From Takakia lepidozioides (Eukaryota; Plantae; Bryophyta): a stretch of 64,000 nt of DNA. The stretch lies in the NCBI GenBank assembly GCA_030704615.1, contig CM060733.1:15500001-15564000 (forward strand). Direction: 5' to 3'. The notes below the pieces were generated by a model. That model had not been told where the DNA came from, did not search any database, and saw only the letters and a program-made list of their open reading frames with translations. The stretch's first letter is position 1; the number at the start of each line of letters is the position of its first letter. The position numbers and the translations under genes were made by a program. This document shows, piece after piece, positions 62,158-64,000 of this stretch.

Positions 62158-64000
62158 TTGGTCGTAACCACTGCCGTGTGCTATAGCATTCATTCTAGTA
62201 CCATTGGTGTGATGTTTTCATGGAATCCAATGGCCCCCTTTTTTGTTCTTTGCTAGGCCATGTGAGTGGGTGTGTGATTGTGCCTCCACTATGGCTTCTT
62301 GAGGGTTTTTTGTTTTTTCCCTCCTTATCAGAAATAAATTGAAATTTATTCCCCAAAAAAAGAGAAAAGTAGTGCCATACTCTCACATTACTATGCTTCA
62401 TTATCAAGAATATCAATTTTGGTGCACTCAACATTATTTCCGGCAACATTGTTTCAATTAGTGCCTTGAGCCAAACTTACGCAATAATGACATGGTTTCT
62501 GCAACATCAGTGTGATGTTTTAAGTAGCAGAGTTGTGCACAAGTGATATCCAAACACAATTCTGAAAATATAACTTGGTTGTTATCTCAAAGGATGTCAT
62601 TTTGCTATAAATTAACAGATTACAAAAAAGAATAGCTTTGCATATAGGCATGTACCTCAGCCATGGACATCTAGTTCTAGTCAATTAATACTTTGGAAAG
62701 CCCAATAAATGACAGAGATTGTGGTGCATGGTCTAGCATTTCACTTTACTCAAACTGTGGATACAACCCCACCCAGTTCAGCATCCAGTTCAGCTCTCAA
62801 TACAGGTGCCATTGGCAGTAATGAAGAGTGGTGCTGACGTCCTAACTTGATAACGTTGGTGGAGCTTAATTCACATCATATGGTCATACTAGTCACTTCG
62901 AGAAATTGGGTTATCCACTCATACAAATGTACTGACAAATCATGTATTCATAAGTTTTTCTTACATCTTTCTGGAATGGTGACAGGAAAACTAAGCCAAG
63001 ACTCTCAGTTATTACCAGTATAAAAAGAGGATGCAGTGATTCTGAGCAGCTAATCCATCCAAGAACATGACAATTGAGGATGGAAGAAAGGAAAAACAAG
63101 ACCTCTTTTTTCACAACCAAAAGCTCCCCACTTTGACTTCATTTTATTGTCCAGACCATCAAAGATAATTTCCCAAAAGCCCAATTGTTATGCGCATACC
63201 TTTGAGAGATAATTAATGTTTTTATAGAGACCCTTATATGTGAGGGAGGGCCTACTACACAGTGGATTTGAATTTCTAACCCATATACTAACTACAAGAA
63301 AAAAACAGTTTTAAGATTCAAACAGATTTTCATATTGCCGTGTTTTTTGTGGGTTTTTTTTTTTTTTGAAGATGAAGCCAGGCTTGTTAGTATTGTGAAA
63401 TATCATCATTGTGGATGTAAACTAAATATCAAGCTCATACTAGCACAGCTATAGACTTCTCTCATTTAGGTTTAATTTAGTACAACCTACCAGCAATAAA
63501 ATATATTTATATCAGTTCTCTTTTACTTTGGTTTATTGAGCAAAGGTGTACTCACAAATCTAATGTTACACAGAAAATTCCAGACAATTTGTATGAAACT
63601 CCACACATACTGAGTTCAAAGCTCCAAATGCCACTGGAAGATATGTCAAAAGAATATATGACAAAATCTGTTTAATAACATCACTTAGTTCTCGAAAGTC
63701 GCAAAAAACTGTTGCGTGGACTTGTCTTTGACCACCACAGTGACTCTTTAGACTATAGACTATGACATCTATAGACTAACTTTGACATTGGGTTTGGCTA
63801 CTATCCTCTGGACAGGCCCACTTGAAATCAAGTGGAAACCTAACCGAAAGCTCAACCCAACTCAGCACCTTTTAACATCTAAGAGAAACCTTTTCGCATC
63901 TGAGAGGAAAAGCATGTCAGATAAGAGGCACATATCGCACACCCATTTCTTTAGTCTTCACCACCGAGCCATCCAATAATTTGTCAACAATCATCAAGTC

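Noticed and set aside
62160-64000. Short ORFs in the terminal AT-rich region
   Set aside because: No recognisable motifs or consistent exon structure.

Overview
Eukaryotic, intron-containing plant genomic DNA. PLS-type PPR fragments and the TE repertoire suggest a non-seed land plant such as a fern, lycophyte or hornwort (inference). The first ~13 kb is a gene island: a 4-exon F-box/kelch gene (At1g55270/SAGL1-like), an intronless mitochondrial dicarboxylate carrier (DIC/UCP5-like), a methylesterase pseudogene and a putative SLDP-like lipid-droplet protein. The remaining ~51 kb is nested, mostly decayed transposons. Two stand out. (1) At ~15.7-26 kb a Mutator-like transposase (GCM/WRKY-type Zn domain, DDE, SWIM) sits head-to-head with a multi-exon gene encoding a ParB/Srx-like domain (WDGNHR) fused to a beta-class N4C/N6A-type DNA methyltransferase fold. 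The introns of that gene carry 12 copies of a ~26-bp palindrome (AGTGAwTGTCGGyrCCGACAyTCACT). This is a candidate ParB/parS-like or VANC-like TE-encoded, sequence-specific epigenetic system. (2) At 30-48.7 kb are copies of a Ty3/Gypsy element with a C5-cytosine DNA methyltransferase between protease and RT and a C-terminal PHD finger. Also present: a chromovirus fragment, a non-autonomous CACTA with 29-bp TIRs, a deleted Copia, LINE fragments, RNase HII and PPR pseudogene fragments, and several minisatellites. All family calls come from motif recognition by eye; no database search was run.
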